Positions 25,064-35,320 of a DNA stretch of 41,004 bases are shown piece after piece. The translations under genes were made by a program, and so were the position numbers. Under the pieces are notes generated by a model that had not been told where the DNA came from, did not search any database, and saw nothing but the letters and a program-made list of their open reading frames with translations. The stretch's first letter is position 1, and every line of letters begins with the position of its first letter. Source of the DNA: a virus (taxonomy: Duplodnaviria; Caudoviricetes); IMG/VR virus record IMGVR_UViG_3300003406_000169, positions 1 to 41,004 of that record; one strand, written 5' to 3'.

Positions 25064-25259
25064 TAATCCTTTTTAACAAATGGTAAGCCATATAAAACAC
25101 GCCATAGATTGTATACCATCCGGAATACCAAACTACGCCATAAGCTAAGAGTTTAAACCAAAAGTTGTTGGAGTAGTTGATAATCAATAAACAAACCGCT
25201 GTTGTAACAACCGCAGAAATAATGAATTGTATTTCAAGCTTGAATAATGATTGTTTCAT
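25035..25259 (-). CDS. Small antisense membrane protein (moron)
   Basis: 74 aa from ATG 25259 with two hydrophobic segments; fills the gap before the tape measure gene. Confidence 0.55.
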   Translation of the reverse strand: MKQSLFKLEIQFIISAVVTTAVCLLIINYSNNFWFKLLAYGVVWYSGWYTIYGVFYMAYHLLKRIINYPVNHSH

Positions 25260-25287
25260 ACTGTAAATATAATAAACAAAATCTATA

Positions 25288-27432
25288 ATGGCAAGTGCTA
25301 CAACTATGCTGGGATTGGCTTTGGTGCTAACTGCCAACACAGGTCGGGCACGTGGTGAAATAAACAGTTTTACCCGGTTTATGGCGGGAAAACTAAAAGA
25401 AATGCATGCCAGCGGTCAGAAGATGGTTGAGCAAGGGAAGGCTATAAGGGATAGCGGATTAAGTGATATTAAAACGGGCATTGCCGCTATGGCTCCTGTT
25501 GTTGGTTTAGTGAAAAAGGCAATGAATTTTGAAGATGCTATGGCGGATGTGGCCAAGGTTGCAAACTTGGATAGGGCATCTACAGAGTTTAAGGGACTTT
25601 CTAAAGACGCACTTGAATTAAGTAAATATTTAAATAAAGATGCTTCTGAAGTAGGACAATTATATGCTTCTCTTTTAGCCGGTGGAACAGCAAAGGAAGA
25701 ATTGAAAGCCGTGGCGAAAATTGCCGGGGAGGGTGCAATAGCATTTGACATGAACGCTGAAGCAACAGGTAATGCATTCATGACCATGAAGAACGCATTA
25801 AACATTAGTGTTGCTGATACCAAAAAAGCGTTTGACGCTACCAATGCCATCACCAATAAGTTTGGTGGTCGTGCTTCGGAAATATTGGAATTCATGTCCC
25901 AGGGCGGAGCCTCTGTTGCACGCACATTAAAGGCAACCGCTCCCGAGATGGAAGTATTTGGCCGTGCCTTAATGAAAAGTGGTGTTTCGGCAAGCGAAGC
26001 AGGTACAGTAATGCAGCGGTTCCGTTTGGGATTGTATAATAATGCGGAAGCTTTAAAAATATTTAATAAAGCCGGTGGCGGCGGTGAAGGGATGGCCGCA
26101 GTATTTGAAGTGGCCAGGAAAAGCGGAGATCCTTTTAAATGGTTTAAGGAGCATAAATTTGGACAGTATGCCTCACAGATGGCTTTAATGTCCGGGAATA
26201 TGAACCAGCTCCGCGAAATGATGCAGTTCGTTGGAGATGAACAAAATTATTTGGGATCCGCGAGCCAGGAATTTGAAAATAGGACTAAGACTACTTCTTT
26301 TCAATTAGGCAGACTTTTGCAAACATTGAATGCGCTTGCAATACAGTCTGGAGGTACATTATTGTCTTCAATCACTACAATTGCTGAATCATTGGCCCCT
26401 ATAATAGAAAAAGTAACAAAATGGGCTGGGGAAAATCCTAAACTGGTTAAGAGTATATTGATAGCTATCGCGGCATTTGGAGGTTTAAAAATTGCCACTG
26501 GCATTTTTAAAATGACTTTTGGTACACTTTTCCAAACAATCGGACAAAGTAAAAGAATATGGGCTGTTTTAAGTGATCAATTAATAAACGCCCGTTATTA
26601 TTTCATTTCTTTTGGTCAATGGATTAGAGGCCCTTTTATTTCCGGAATCACAAAGTTTGGAGGATTATTAAAGAGTGGGTTCCTTACTGCGTTTTCTTCC
26701 ATTGGCAAAGCTGTTGGCGCCGCATCACGGTTTTTACTGGCAAATCCCATTATTTTAATTATTGCGGCTATCGCTGCTGCAGCTTTTATTGTATATAAGA
26801 ACTGGGATACAATAAAGGCTTGGTTCATCCGGATGTGGGAAGTTGTAAAGAAATCATTCAAAGCTGCATGGGACTGGATAAAAAATATGTTCCTAAACTA
26901 TACGCCACAAGGTTTAATCATAAAACACTGGGATAAGATTAAGGAGTTTTTTACCGATACTTGGCAGAAAGTGAAAAATATCTTTTGGGGTTTTGTGGAT
27001 TGGGTGAAGGGATTAGGCAGCATGTTTTTTGATTTGGGAAAAAATATTGTCAGCAATATATGGGAGGGCCTAAAAACGTTGGCCACCAGCCCCATTAAAT
27101 GGTTGTTTGAAAAAGTTAACAGTTTGGTGCCTGACTTTTTTAAAAATAAGAATACCACAATGAAAGTTGCTCAAACGGTTTCTGCAACCATGCAGCCTAT
27201 TGCGCAAATGCGTATGCAGCCAATTCCCATAAATGGTAATGGCATGAGTATGCCCCAGCCAACTATGATTTCAAGCAGTCGCGTAGGTGGAACAACCAAT
27301 TTTGCACCAGTGATAAATTTAAGCGGTGGCGCAACCCAGGCTGATGCTAATATTATTACTGATACAATGAAAAAGCAATTTGATAAAATGTATAAAGATC
27401 GTGAAGCGCGTAAAGACAGGTTAAGATTTTAG
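25288..27432 (+). CDS. Tail tape measure protein
   Basis: FEDAMADVAKV TP901-type core, ANPIILIIAAIAAAAFIVYKNWD, Trp-periodic repeats. Confidence 0.92.
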   Translation: MASATTMLGLALVLTANTGRARGEINSFTRFMAGKLKEMHASGQKMVEQGKAIRDSGLSDIKTGIAAMAPVVGLVKKAMNFEDAMADVAKVANLDRASTEFKGLSKDALELSKYLNKDASEVGQLYASLLAGGTAKEELKAVAKIAGEGAIAFDMNAEATGNAFMTMKNALNISVADTKKAFDATNAITNKFGGRASEILEFMSQGGASVARTLKATAPEMEVFGRALMKSGVSASEAGTVMQRFRLGLYNNAEALKIFNKAGGGGEGMAAVFEVARKSGDPFKWFKEHKFGQYASQMALMSGNMNQLREMMQFVGDEQNYLGSASQEFENRTKTTSFQLGRLLQTLNALAIQSGGTLLSSITTIAESLAPIIEKVTKWAGENPKLVKSILIAIAAFGGLKIATGIFKMTFGTLFQTIGQSKRIWAVLSDQLINARYYFISFGQWIRGPFISGITKFGGLLKSGFLTAFSSIGKAVGAASRFLLANPIILIIAAIAAAAFIVYKNWDTIKAWFIRMWEVVKKSFKAAWDWIKNMFLNYTPQGLIIKHWDKIKEFFTDTWQKVKNIFWGFVDWVKGLGSMFFDLGKNIVSNIWEGLKTLATSPIKWLFEKVNSLVPDFFKNKNTTMKVAQTVSATMQPIAQMRMQPIPINGNGMSMPQPTMISSSRVGGTTNFAPVINLSGGATQADANIITDTMKKQFDKMYKDREARKDRLRF

Positions 27433-27433
27433 C

Positions 27434-27847
27434 CTACAGCTTTACGCTTAACAATTCCCGGCCAATGGCGTGCAGCCCTTCCTCAATTTTCTTTTTTTGA
27501 TTTGGTCCCGCAATGGCATGCCCCCCCTTGTATTGTCGCAAAAGTGAAGGGTTTAGCCCCACTTTTTTGGCAAAGCCGCTTATATCTAACATTCCAAAAT
27601 GCCGGAAAATGCTGGCAATATCATATTTGTAAACAAAGGCAATATTACCCTGGTTGTAGGCGGGCGGTAAAGCTTCTTTGCTTTCTTTGTAAGCATCCAC
27701 CATATCTTTTAACACGCTTTGCAAATCCGCTTTAGCTTCCTCAATAGTATCGCCATAGCTGGTTAAGGGTAAGGTATCATCCTGCACATAAATGCCAAAG
27801 CCGGTTGAGGATGCTTCAATAATTGCGATCACTTTTTTTGTTTTCAT
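27434..27847 (-). CDS. hicB: HicB-family antitoxin with C-terminal HTH
   Basis: SYGDTIEEAKADL N-domain; FAKKVGLNPSLLRQYKGG HTH; downstream of hicA. Confidence 0.85.
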   Translation of the reverse strand: MKTKKVIAIIEASSTGFGIYVQDDTLPLTSYGDTIEEAKADLQSVLKDMVDAYKESKEALPPAYNQGNIAFVYKYDIASIFRHFGMLDISGFAKKVGLNPSLLRQYKGGHAIAGPNQKKKIEEGLHAIGRELLSVKL

Positions 27848-27868
27848 GTTGTCGCTTTTTTGCAGGGC

Positions 27869-28051
27869 TTATTTAAGCCCCGCCATTTTTAATATTTTAT
27901 TTGCCGTTCCCGTAGGCACTTCTTTGGTGCCATGTTTTCCTACAGGAATTTTACCGGGTTTGGTAGGGTGGGCATAAATATGATGCCCTGATGTACGTTC
28001 TATAAACCATCCATCCCGTTCTAACTTTCGCTGTAGTTCTGAAAATTTCAT
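27869..28051 (-). CDS. hicA: HicA-family mRNA interferase toxin
   Basis: MKFSELQRKLERDGW...SGHHIYAHPTK...VGKHGTKEVPTGTANKILKMAGL (60 aa from ATG 28051). Confidence 0.9.
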   Translation of the reverse strand: MKFSELQRKLERDGWFIERTSGHHIYAHPTKPGKIPVGKHGTKEVPTGTANKILKMAGLK

Positions 28052-28075
28052 TAGGGTAAGGGTTGTTTTGTTTAA

Positions 28076-28130
28076 CAAAGATAACGTTTTCGTTATAATC
28101 TGCAAATAGGTATTATAACGTTTTCGTTAT
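28076..28130 (-). promoter_or_regulatory. Bacteroidetes-type promoter of hicAB with two palindromic operators
   Basis: Minus strand TTTG (28106-28103), 19 nt, TATCTTTG (28083-28076); ATAACG-TTTT-CGTTAT at 28081-28096 and 28115-28130. Confidence 0.75.
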
Positions 28131-28210
28131 CATTTGTCATAATTCATATTATTTTACCCCCTGCCTAAATCCCGGCTATTCAAAATGCTGACGATGTTGG
28201 AAAATTGCTT

Positions 28211-29074
28211 ATGTTTTTTCAATTGGGTACAGCAGTATATGATGCCATCCGCAGCCCGGAAAGCTGGAATGTTTCCGGCAATGAAGCCTCATATGCAGAG
28301 CATGCCTTAATTGAAGGAAAACCGCGCCTGCAAAAAACTGGTGACACCCTTGAAGAAATCAGCCTTACTATTAAGCTATTCGCCTCTTATTGCAACCCGT
28401 CCCAGGAATTGAATAAATTAAATGAAAGCAAAACCACGGGTGAGATTCTTCCCCTGGTGATGGGGAATGGTGAGTACCGGGGAGATTATGTTATTGCCAG
28501 CGCTAATTATACCATTGATACCACGCTAAAGGATGGTACCATTATAGAGGCTACCGTTACTTTACTATTAAAGGAATTCATAGGCATATCAAAACAGGAA
28601 GTTCTGCAACAGGCAGCCAGAAAAAAAGCATTTGCTGTGGGGGATAAAAAGCCAATCATCAGGCAGCCACCACAAAAAGATAATGAGTATGCAGGAGCGG
28701 CAAAAGATGTACAAGCGGCCAGTGCGCAAACAGCACGGATTGACAACCTGGTAAGTGAGTATGAGAACAATCCTTCCCGCCGAGATCAGATTGTAAAGGA
28801 AATTGATGAAGCAAGCAAAAAGGCAAATAAGGCATTGAATGATTTCAATAGCAAAATGGCTCAAGCTGATGCAGTTCGCACCAAAGCCACCAATTTAATT
28901 GCATCTGTGGCTTATGTTGTCAGCATGCTTGCTGCAATAGATTCTGTATTACCTCCTTCAAATATTGCTGATTTGCAGAACGCAAATACTTTTTTACAAA
29001 GCGGCGTGCGAAGCATGAACCGAAATGCTACGGCTGTATTTTTCCCGGTAATAACAAGGAGGCGCAATGGCTAA
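28211..29074 (+). CDS. P2 gpU-like tail protein with C-terminal helical extension
   Basis: YAEHALIEGKPRLQKTGDTLEEI, LPLVMGNGEYRGDYVI. Confidence 0.8.
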   Translation: MFFQLGTAVYDAIRSPESWNVSGNEASYAEHALIEGKPRLQKTGDTLEEISLTIKLFASYCNPSQELNKLNESKTTGEILPLVMGNGEYRGDYVIASANYTIDTTLKDGTIIEATVTLLLKEFIGISKQEVLQQAARKKAFAVGDKKPIIRQPPQKDNEYAGAAKDVQAASAQTARIDNLVSEYENNPSRRDQIVKEIDEASKKANKALNDFNSKMAQADAVRTKATNLIASVAYVVSMLAAIDSVLPPSNIADLQNANTFLQSGVRSMNRNATAVFFPVITRRRNG

Positions 29075-29291
29075 CACGCAATACATATGCACAGAAGGTG
29101 ATCGCTGGGACAATATATCACAAAAGGCATATGGCAGCCCTATACTTGCCCATGTTATAATTGCCGCCAACCCTAAAGTATTTATAGAGGAAAGGCTTAC
29201 AGCCGGCACCGTACTGGATATTCCCATAATTGCCGAAACAGAAACTAAAACAGATTTACAGTTATTTCCTCCTTGGAAACGTCCTGAATAA
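29067..29291 (+). CDS. P2 gpX-like tail protein (LysM-like)
   Basis: TEGDRWDNISQKAYG...IIAANP...LDIP, PPW end. Confidence 0.85.
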   Translation: MANTQYICTEGDRWDNISQKAYGSPILAHVIIAANPKVFIEERLTAGTVLDIPIIAETETKTDLQLFPPWKRPE

Positions 29292-30427
29292 TGGAATTTG
29301 TTGGATCACCATATATTAAAGTGCTGTATAATAGCAGGGATATCACTGAAGATATTTCTAAGCATTTATTATCCATACAGTACAGTGATAAAACGGAAGG
29401 GGAATCCGATGAGTTACAACTTTCTTTAGAAGATAAAGACCGGCTTTGGCAAAACGAATGGTACCCCGAAAAAGGAAGCACACTTTCCGCGGAAATTGGT
29501 TATAAAAACGGGTTGAAACTGGATTGCGGGTCCTTCATGATTGATGAAATCGAATTATCCGGCCCTCCGGATATTGTTAATATTCGCGGGCTGGCTATTG
29601 GCATCCATGGAAAATTGAAAACCAAGAAAGGCGGCCGCAACCATGAGGGGAAAACGCTTTCTGAAATTGTGCATACAGTAGCTGCGGTGAATAATTTTAC
29701 TGTCCAGGGAACGATTGCAAATATTAGGTTTGGAAGAATTGCCCAACACAGGGAAAATGATTTGCAATTTCTTTCCCGCCTGGCCGCTGAGTATGGCCAT
29801 ATCTTCAGTATTCGTGGTAAGGTTTTGATATTTACCCGTACTGATTCTCTTGAAGAAAGAAATGCCTCAATCATTTATGATCGTTCTGATCTGATTAGCT
29901 ATTCAATCAAGGACAAAACATCTGGTATCTATAAAAGTGCAATAGTAAAATTCCATAACCCCGAAACAAAACAAGTATCTGAACATGCAGAAACATTCTC
30001 CGCAGACACGGCAACAGATGATGTTTTGGAAATTAAAACGAAAGCTGAAAACAAGCAACAGGCTGAAGCAAAAGCAAAGGCGGCGCTTCATCGTGCTAAT
30101 ACATTAATGCAAACCGGTTCTATTGCTGGTCCCGGACATGTGTTAATGGTAGCTGGAAATAATATTGAATTAACCGGATTGGGGCTTTTAAGTGGTAAGT
30201 ATCATATATTAAACTCAACCCATAATATTGATAAGTCGGGCGGCTATACTGTAGATGCGGAAATTAAAAAGGTTGGTACCATACCTGCAATAAAAAATAA
30301 AACGAATAAAGTACAAAAGCCCAAAACCACTGTTATTCCTACGGTGCCTAAAGCAAATTTAGCTACGTCTTCTTTTCCTACAGTTGATTTTAATCTATTT
30401 CAAAAACCAGAAGGATGGCAGTCTTAA
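29291..30427 (+). CDS. P2 gpD-like baseplate hub / late control protein
   Basis: YSDKTEGESDEL, IDEIELSGPPD, QHRENDLQFLSRLA. Confidence 0.88.
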   Translation: MEFVGSPYIKVLYNSRDITEDISKHLLSIQYSDKTEGESDELQLSLEDKDRLWQNEWYPEKGSTLSAEIGYKNGLKLDCGSFMIDEIELSGPPDIVNIRGLAIGIHGKLKTKKGGRNHEGKTLSEIVHTVAAVNNFTVQGTIANIRFGRIAQHRENDLQFLSRLAAEYGHIFSIRGKVLIFTRTDSLEERNASIIYDRSDLISYSIKDKTSGIYKSAIVKFHNPETKQVSEHAETFSADTATDDVLEIKTKAENKQQAEAKAKAALHRANTLMQTGSIAGPGHVLMVAGNNIELTGLGLLSGKYHILNSTHNIDKSGGYTVDAEIKKVGTIPAIKNKTNKVQKPKTTVIPTVPKANLATSSFPTVDFNLFQKPEGWQS

Positions 30428-31125
30428 AGTTCGGGCTGATATGCGATGTGGATGCGGGTAAGGGGATGGCGCGGGTATATCTCCAGGAGGATGATGTAAC
30501 AACCAATTGGATTCCGATGAGTGTGCCTAAAACCTTGAATGATAAATGGTCTTTTCCATTTGATATTAATGAGCATGTTTGGTGTATGATGGATGAGCAC
30601 AATGAATTTGGGGTGATTGGCGGAGCCATTTATAATACGACAGATAAACCAGATGCCGCTGCTGTCGGAAAATTCAGGGTTGTATTTGCCGATAAAACGG
30701 CTATTGAATATGACAATAATGCTAAAATTTTGACTATTGATTGTGTGGGTGACATTAAGGTAATAGCGAAGAATGTTGACGTGGAATGTGAGCAGGCAAA
30801 TGTAGAAGTTTCAGGCGCTGCAACTGTAAAGGCCTTGACCGTGGAAATAGAAGGAACTACAACCGCAACAATGAAAGCCCCGGTGGTTAACATTGATGCA
30901 CCTGTTTCTAATTTTTCCGGCATAGTGGCTGTAACGGGCGCACTTACTGCAGCAACAATCGCAACAACGGGGGGAGGAGCAATTGAAACAGCAGGTCCCA
31001 TTAGTGCACAAAGTATCGAGGCGGAAAGCATGGAAGCGGATAGCGCGACAATTGGCGGCAAAGATTTCTTAACGCACACACATACGGCACCTTCCGGAGG
31101 CGGTGCAACATCACCTCCGCTTTAA
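30415..31125 (+). CDS. Baseplate spike protein (gpV-like)
   Basis: N-terminal OB-like domain, beta-helix repeats, C-terminal THTH metal-binding tip. Confidence 0.88.
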   Translation: MAVLKFGLICDVDAGKGMARVYLQEDDVTTNWIPMSVPKTLNDKWSFPFDINEHVWCMMDEHNEFGVIGGAIYNTTDKPDAAAVGKFRVVFADKTAIEYDNNAKILTIDCVGDIKVIAKNVDVECEQANVEVSGAATVKALTVEIEGTTTATMKAPVVNIDAPVSNFSGIVAVTGALTAATIATTGGGAIETAGPISAQSIEAESMEADSATIGGKDFLTHTHTAPSGGGATSPPL

Positions 31126-31143
31126 TTACCAAAAATTGGCAAC

Positions 31144-32088
31144 TTGGCGGCATTATCACAAATAAAAAGTTCAGATTGGCAGTTTTCAACGTTAGGCGTT
31201 GGCGCTGTTGCTGAAGGCTTGTCAGATGTGCGCCAATGTATTGATCTTGCATTAAGAACTACTCCGGGTACGGATCCCCTTCGTCCGCAATTTGGCAGCA
31301 ATATTTATCAGTTTGTTTCCAGGCCTGTAAGTACAGCGGTGCCTGGTATCATAAAAGCGATAATTGAAGCAATTGAAATGTGGGAACCCAGGGTTCAGGT
31401 TCAAACTGTTACCCATAGCCTGGATACAACGGATAATAAATCGCAACTTAAGTTTCCAATAACATACAAGCTTACCGATGATGATTTGATTGATACCATT
31501 ACCTATACATTAGGACAGGGTACGGACGCGGAAGCCGGCACAGGGCATATCATATTACAGGCTATTATCCCCGCGGCTCCCGGCGGATCAAAATACTTTC
31601 TGTCATTTATTGGAAATGGAAATCCTGTTTTTCCCAATTTCCCTTCAGCCGGTTTTGCATCTGTGTATGATTTATATAACTGGGTTGTGGCTAACTGGGC
31701 AGCATATGGAACATGGTACCTGGCAAATGATAAAATCATCCTGTATTTAAAAAGTGGTGTATTTCAAACTGCATCCCTTGATGCATACACTACTATCAAT
31801 TACGCATTTGCCGCTGCTATTCCGGATAAAGAGATTGAGGAATATTATGGGGTTGTATTTACATTCAATGGCAACCTTGCTACACCATTATTTCCGGCAT
31901 ATGAAGTGTATACCGCCGGCGAAATTCTTACATGGGTAAATAATAACTGGGGTGACTATGGCACATGGAGCATTGAGGGTAATAATCTGGTATTGACAAC
32001 GCAGGGGCAGGCGACAATAACACTTAGTGTAGATAAATACAGTATTGGTGGCTTTTCTCTTGGTTTTTCAAATGGTTTTAACGCATAA
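31144..32088 (+). CDS. gp25/gpW-like baseplate wedge protein with a long C-terminal extension
   Basis: LRTTPGTDPLRPQFGS and AIEMWEPRV in the first ~120 aa; about 190 extra aa containing a duplicated domain. Confidence 0.8.
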   Translation: MAALSQIKSSDWQFSTLGVGAVAEGLSDVRQCIDLALRTTPGTDPLRPQFGSNIYQFVSRPVSTAVPGIIKAIIEAIEMWEPRVQVQTVTHSLDTTDNKSQLKFPITYKLTDDDLIDTITYTLGQGTDAEAGTGHIILQAIIPAAPGGSKYFLSFIGNGNPVFPNFPSAGFASVYDLYNWVVANWAAYGTWYLANDKIILYLKSGVFQTASLDAYTTINYAFAAAIPDKEIEEYYGVVFTFNGNLATPLFPAYEVYTAGEILTWVNNNWGDYGTWSIEGNNLVLTTQGQATITLSVDKYSIGGFSLGFSNGFNA

Positions 32089-32092
32089 ATAA

Positions 32093-33199
32093 ATGGCATT
32101 AATTAAACCGCAATTTGTAAGTGTAGATGCTGAGGCAATCATTAGTGAAATGGTTGCGGACTATGAAGCGCGTACCGGGAAAAAGCTGGCCCCGGCCCAG
32201 GTAGAGCGGTTACTTATTAATGCATTCGCTTATCGTGAATATTTATTGCGCACCGCGATAAATGAAACTGGTTTGCAAAACCTTGTGGAGTTTTCTACTT
32301 TCCCCGCTTTAGATTATTTGGGGCAACTACTTGGTGTTACAAGGCTTGCAGCATCGAGGGCAAAAACAACCCTAACCTTTAATTTGGTTCCTGGCCATAC
32401 TGGAATTTTAATACCTGAAGGTATCAGGGTGCAAAGTATTGACGGCAAGGCCATTTTTATAACCGTGGAGCCTAAAACCGTAGCCACAGGAGTTTTAGCC
32501 ACCGCAATACTTGCTGAGTGTACTCTTGATGGCGTGATTGGTAATGGATATGAAATAGGACACGTTTCTGTAATTCTTGATCCGCAGCCATATATATCCA
32601 CAGCAGTAAATGCAACTGCTACTGCAGGTGGAGCGGATGAGGAATCAGACGAAGCCTTAAGGGACCGGATAAAACTTGCCCCGGCTTCTTTTTCTAATGC
32701 AGGAAGCAAAGGAGCATATGAATTTTTTGCAAAATCGGCACATCCTTCAATTATAGATGTGGCAATTACTTCGCCGGATCCCGGAGACGTAAAAATATTC
32801 CCATTGCTGGAAGGGGGTGAAATACCATCTACGGAAATAATTGATGCAGTAAAAGCGGCGTGCAATCCTGATAAAAGGAGGCCGCTTAGTGATACGGTTT
32901 ATGTCGAAGCGCCTACTAAGATTGATTATGCCATTGAAGTTGATTTAATACTACTTAGCGATGCGCTTCAGACAAATATTGTTAATGAGGTTACGGATAA
33001 TCTTCAGGCATATGCCAATGAACGAAAAAGGCGACTGGGTGTTGATGTGGTGATTAACCAGATTATTAAGCAGGCTAATATTGAAGGCGTATATAAAGCC
33101 ACCGTAACGGCTCCGGAATCTGATATTGTTGTTGATGAAAACGAGTTTTCAAACTGTACTTCAATTACAGTAAACGTAACCGGTAGCAGTGATGAGTGA
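32093..33199 (+). CDS. Baseplate J-like protein
   Basis: GGADEESDEALRDRI, AGSKGAY, RPLSDTV. Confidence 0.92.
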   Translation: MALIKPQFVSVDAEAIISEMVADYEARTGKKLAPAQVERLLINAFAYREYLLRTAINETGLQNLVEFSTFPALDYLGQLLGVTRLAASRAKTTLTFNLVPGHTGILIPEGIRVQSIDGKAIFITVEPKTVATGVLATAILAECTLDGVIGNGYEIGHVSVILDPQPYISTAVNATATAGGADEESDEALRDRIKLAPASFSNAGSKGAYEFFAKSAHPSIIDVAITSPDPGDVKIFPLLEGGEIPSTEIIDAVKAACNPDKRRPLSDTVYVEAPTKIDYAIEVDLILLSDALQTNIVNEVTDNLQAYANERKRRLGVDVVINQIIKQANIEGVYKATVTAPESDIVVDENEFSNCTSITVNVTGSSDE

Positions 33200-33854
33200 C
33201 AAATTCAATAGCGTATTGGCGGATAGTATAAAGGATATTCCGCATTTGCTGCAGTTTGATCTGATGGCTAAAAAAAGGTTGGATGCAATTCAGTTGGATG
33301 CGATTTTAATTTATTTGATTGATACCGTTTCGGCCAGTGCTTTACCTTTTTTGGCTGCCCAATTTGATGTATTGGGTTTTAAAGGTATGCGGCTGGCAAC
33401 AACAGAGCAACAGCAACGGGAGGTAATAAAACGCGCCATTGAATTACACCGGTTTAAAGGAACAGTTTGGGCGGTAAAGGAAGCATTAAAAACGATTGGG
33501 TACCCCGATGCTGTATTAACTGAACATGTGGGGGCTGGTGCTAACGGTTGGGCGGTTTTTCGCATTGAACTCAATGCGGGGGATAATGTGATTTCGGCGA
33601 CAATGATTGAAGAAATTGTAAAAATGGTGATGGAATATAAGAACGTCCGTAGCCATTTGGAAGATATTTCTTACCAGGTCTTTTTTGATGATAGCATTAT
33701 CCTGACTGATGCAAGTGTCGAAAATCCTTCCGTGGATGATTCTGATGCCTTGGTGATTGGGGGAGATTTCAGGTACAACGGGGAGGAATATTATAACGGA
33801 AGCAGAAATTATAGTTTGGATACTGACATTCTTACAATTGAAATTATTACATAA
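33192..33854 (+). CDS. P2 gpI-like tail/baseplate protein
   Basis: LPFLAAQF, AIELHRFKGTVWAVKEAL, YKNVRSHL. Confidence 0.85.
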   Translation: MSDKFNSVLADSIKDIPHLLQFDLMAKKRLDAIQLDAILIYLIDTVSASALPFLAAQFDVLGFKGMRLATTEQQQREVIKRAIELHRFKGTVWAVKEALKTIGYPDAVLTEHVGAGANGWAVFRIELNAGDNVISATMIEEIVKMVMEYKNVRSHLEDISYQVFFDDSIILTDASVENPSVDDSDALVIGGDFRYNGEEYYNGSRNYSLDTDILTIEIIT

Positions 33855-34297
33855 TGGACAAAGATTCAATTATAGTAAAAGGTAGTTTTTCGATGCAGGT
33901 AATTGAAGCTGCAACGGGCAAAGTGCTGGAAGATTACCAGGATAATAATTTAGTGGTTACCCTGGGAAAAACCAATACTGCAAAGCTGCTTGCCGGGGAT
34001 GCAGCGGGGAAGATCATTAGCAAAATTTCTGTTGGTACAGGCGATGCTGATCCTATTATTACAGATACAGGACTTACAGGAGCCTATACAAAGGCTATTA
34101 CCAGCTATACATTCCCCGAATCCAATTCAGTATTGTTTAGCTGGTCCATTGATAACGCGGAAGCCAATGGTATGAGTATAAAGGAATTTGGGCTACTGAC
34201 AGCCGACAATGTGTTGTTTGCGCGAAAAGTGAGGAGTGAGATTGTTAAAACATCCGCGGTGCGGCTTGTAGGCACCTGGAAAATAATTATCAACTAA
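33854..34297 (+). CDS. Baseplate/tail-fibre attachment protein
   Basis: NLVVTLGK, ISVGTG, EANGMSIKEFGL...LFARK pattern typical of fibre-proximal proteins. Confidence 0.65.
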   Translation: MDKDSIIVKGSFSMQVIEAATGKVLEDYQDNNLVVTLGKTNTAKLLAGDAAGKIISKISVGTGDADPIITDTGLTGAYTKAITSYTFPESNSVLFSWSIDNAEANGMSIKEFGLLTADNVLFARKVRSEIVKTSAVRLVGTWKIIIN

Positions 34298-35319
34298 TGG
34301 CAAATTTAATTGAGGACATACTTTGGGAAGCGGGTATTTACCAGCTTGAACAAACTGATTTGGTAATTGGTGGAGAAGATGGTATATCCAATACTCAGGC
34401 CAAGCAGCTTGCCAACCGCACTGCCTGGCTGAAAGATAAAGTAGGCGTAATAACCCATTTTGATGATTTTGCGCCTGTAGCGGCTACCTCCACGCTGGAT
34501 GATACTGTAATTGGAAAAGCGGTTATTATTGATGCCAACAACGCAACTATTGCCATTACATTACCCCCTGCTTCGGGTGTGCGTAATGGTAGCATTATCC
34601 CAATAACAGCCATCAATGTAAATAAGTCCCAGGTTGCGGTAAGTGCACCCGGAGTCACCAAAATAAAATATGGGGGTACATTGTACCAAACCATTTATTT
34701 GGATGAGGCTGAACAGATTTGGCTTATTACTAATGGTAGTGATTGGACGCTGATGCCGCTAAAATTTGCAATGCAAAATGTTGGTGAAATATTTTATTCA
34801 TACCGTGTTCTGCCTGGTACGATTGCTTTACATGGACAATTGGTAAACCGGGCAGATGAAGCAAGGATATGGACGTTTGCAAATGATCCCGCCGGCGCTA
34901 CGTCCTTAGTTACGGAAGTTCAGTGGTTTTCAAGTTTAAATTATCGGGGTTTTTTTTCAAAAGGCAACGAGAGTACAACCTTACGCCTTCCGGATCTGCG
35001 GTCCCAATTTATACGGGGGTTGGATAGTTCCCGTGGGTTGAGCTATGGCAGAACCTCCAGCGCTGCGGGTGGATATGAAGCCGATAACAATAAATCGCAT
35101 AATCACACCTATCGCGACCGGTATTATCCGGAATCCGGTGGCGTAAATAGCGCCCCCCAAAGGGAACAAATGCCGAATAATTATAACAACAAATTTGGCA
35201 GCGGTGATACCGATAATGACAACACGCAGTGGTTATATTATGATAGTAATAGCGGTTCATCCGGCGGAACTGAAGCGGTAAGTAAAAACATTGGTTTAAT
35301 TCCTTTAATGCGGAAATAA
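34297..35319 (+). CDS. Tail fibre protein with collar domain
   Basis: GISNTQAKQLANRTAWLK N-terminus; LRLPDLRSQFIRG collar; KSHNH. Confidence 0.85.
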   Translation: MANLIEDILWEAGIYQLEQTDLVIGGEDGISNTQAKQLANRTAWLKDKVGVITHFDDFAPVAATSTLDDTVIGKAVIIDANNATIAITLPPASGVRNGSIIPITAINVNKSQVAVSAPGVTKIKYGGTLYQTIYLDEAEQIWLITNGSDWTLMPLKFAMQNVGEIFYSYRVLPGTIALHGQLVNRADEARIWTFANDPAGATSLVTEVQWFSSLNYRGFFSKGNESTTLRLPDLRSQFIRGLDSSRGLSYGRTSSAAGGYEADNNKSHNHTYRDRYYPESGGVNSAPQREQMPNNYNNKFGSGDTDNDNTQWLYYDSNSGSSGGTEAVSKNIGLIPLMRK

Positions 35320-35320
35320 T

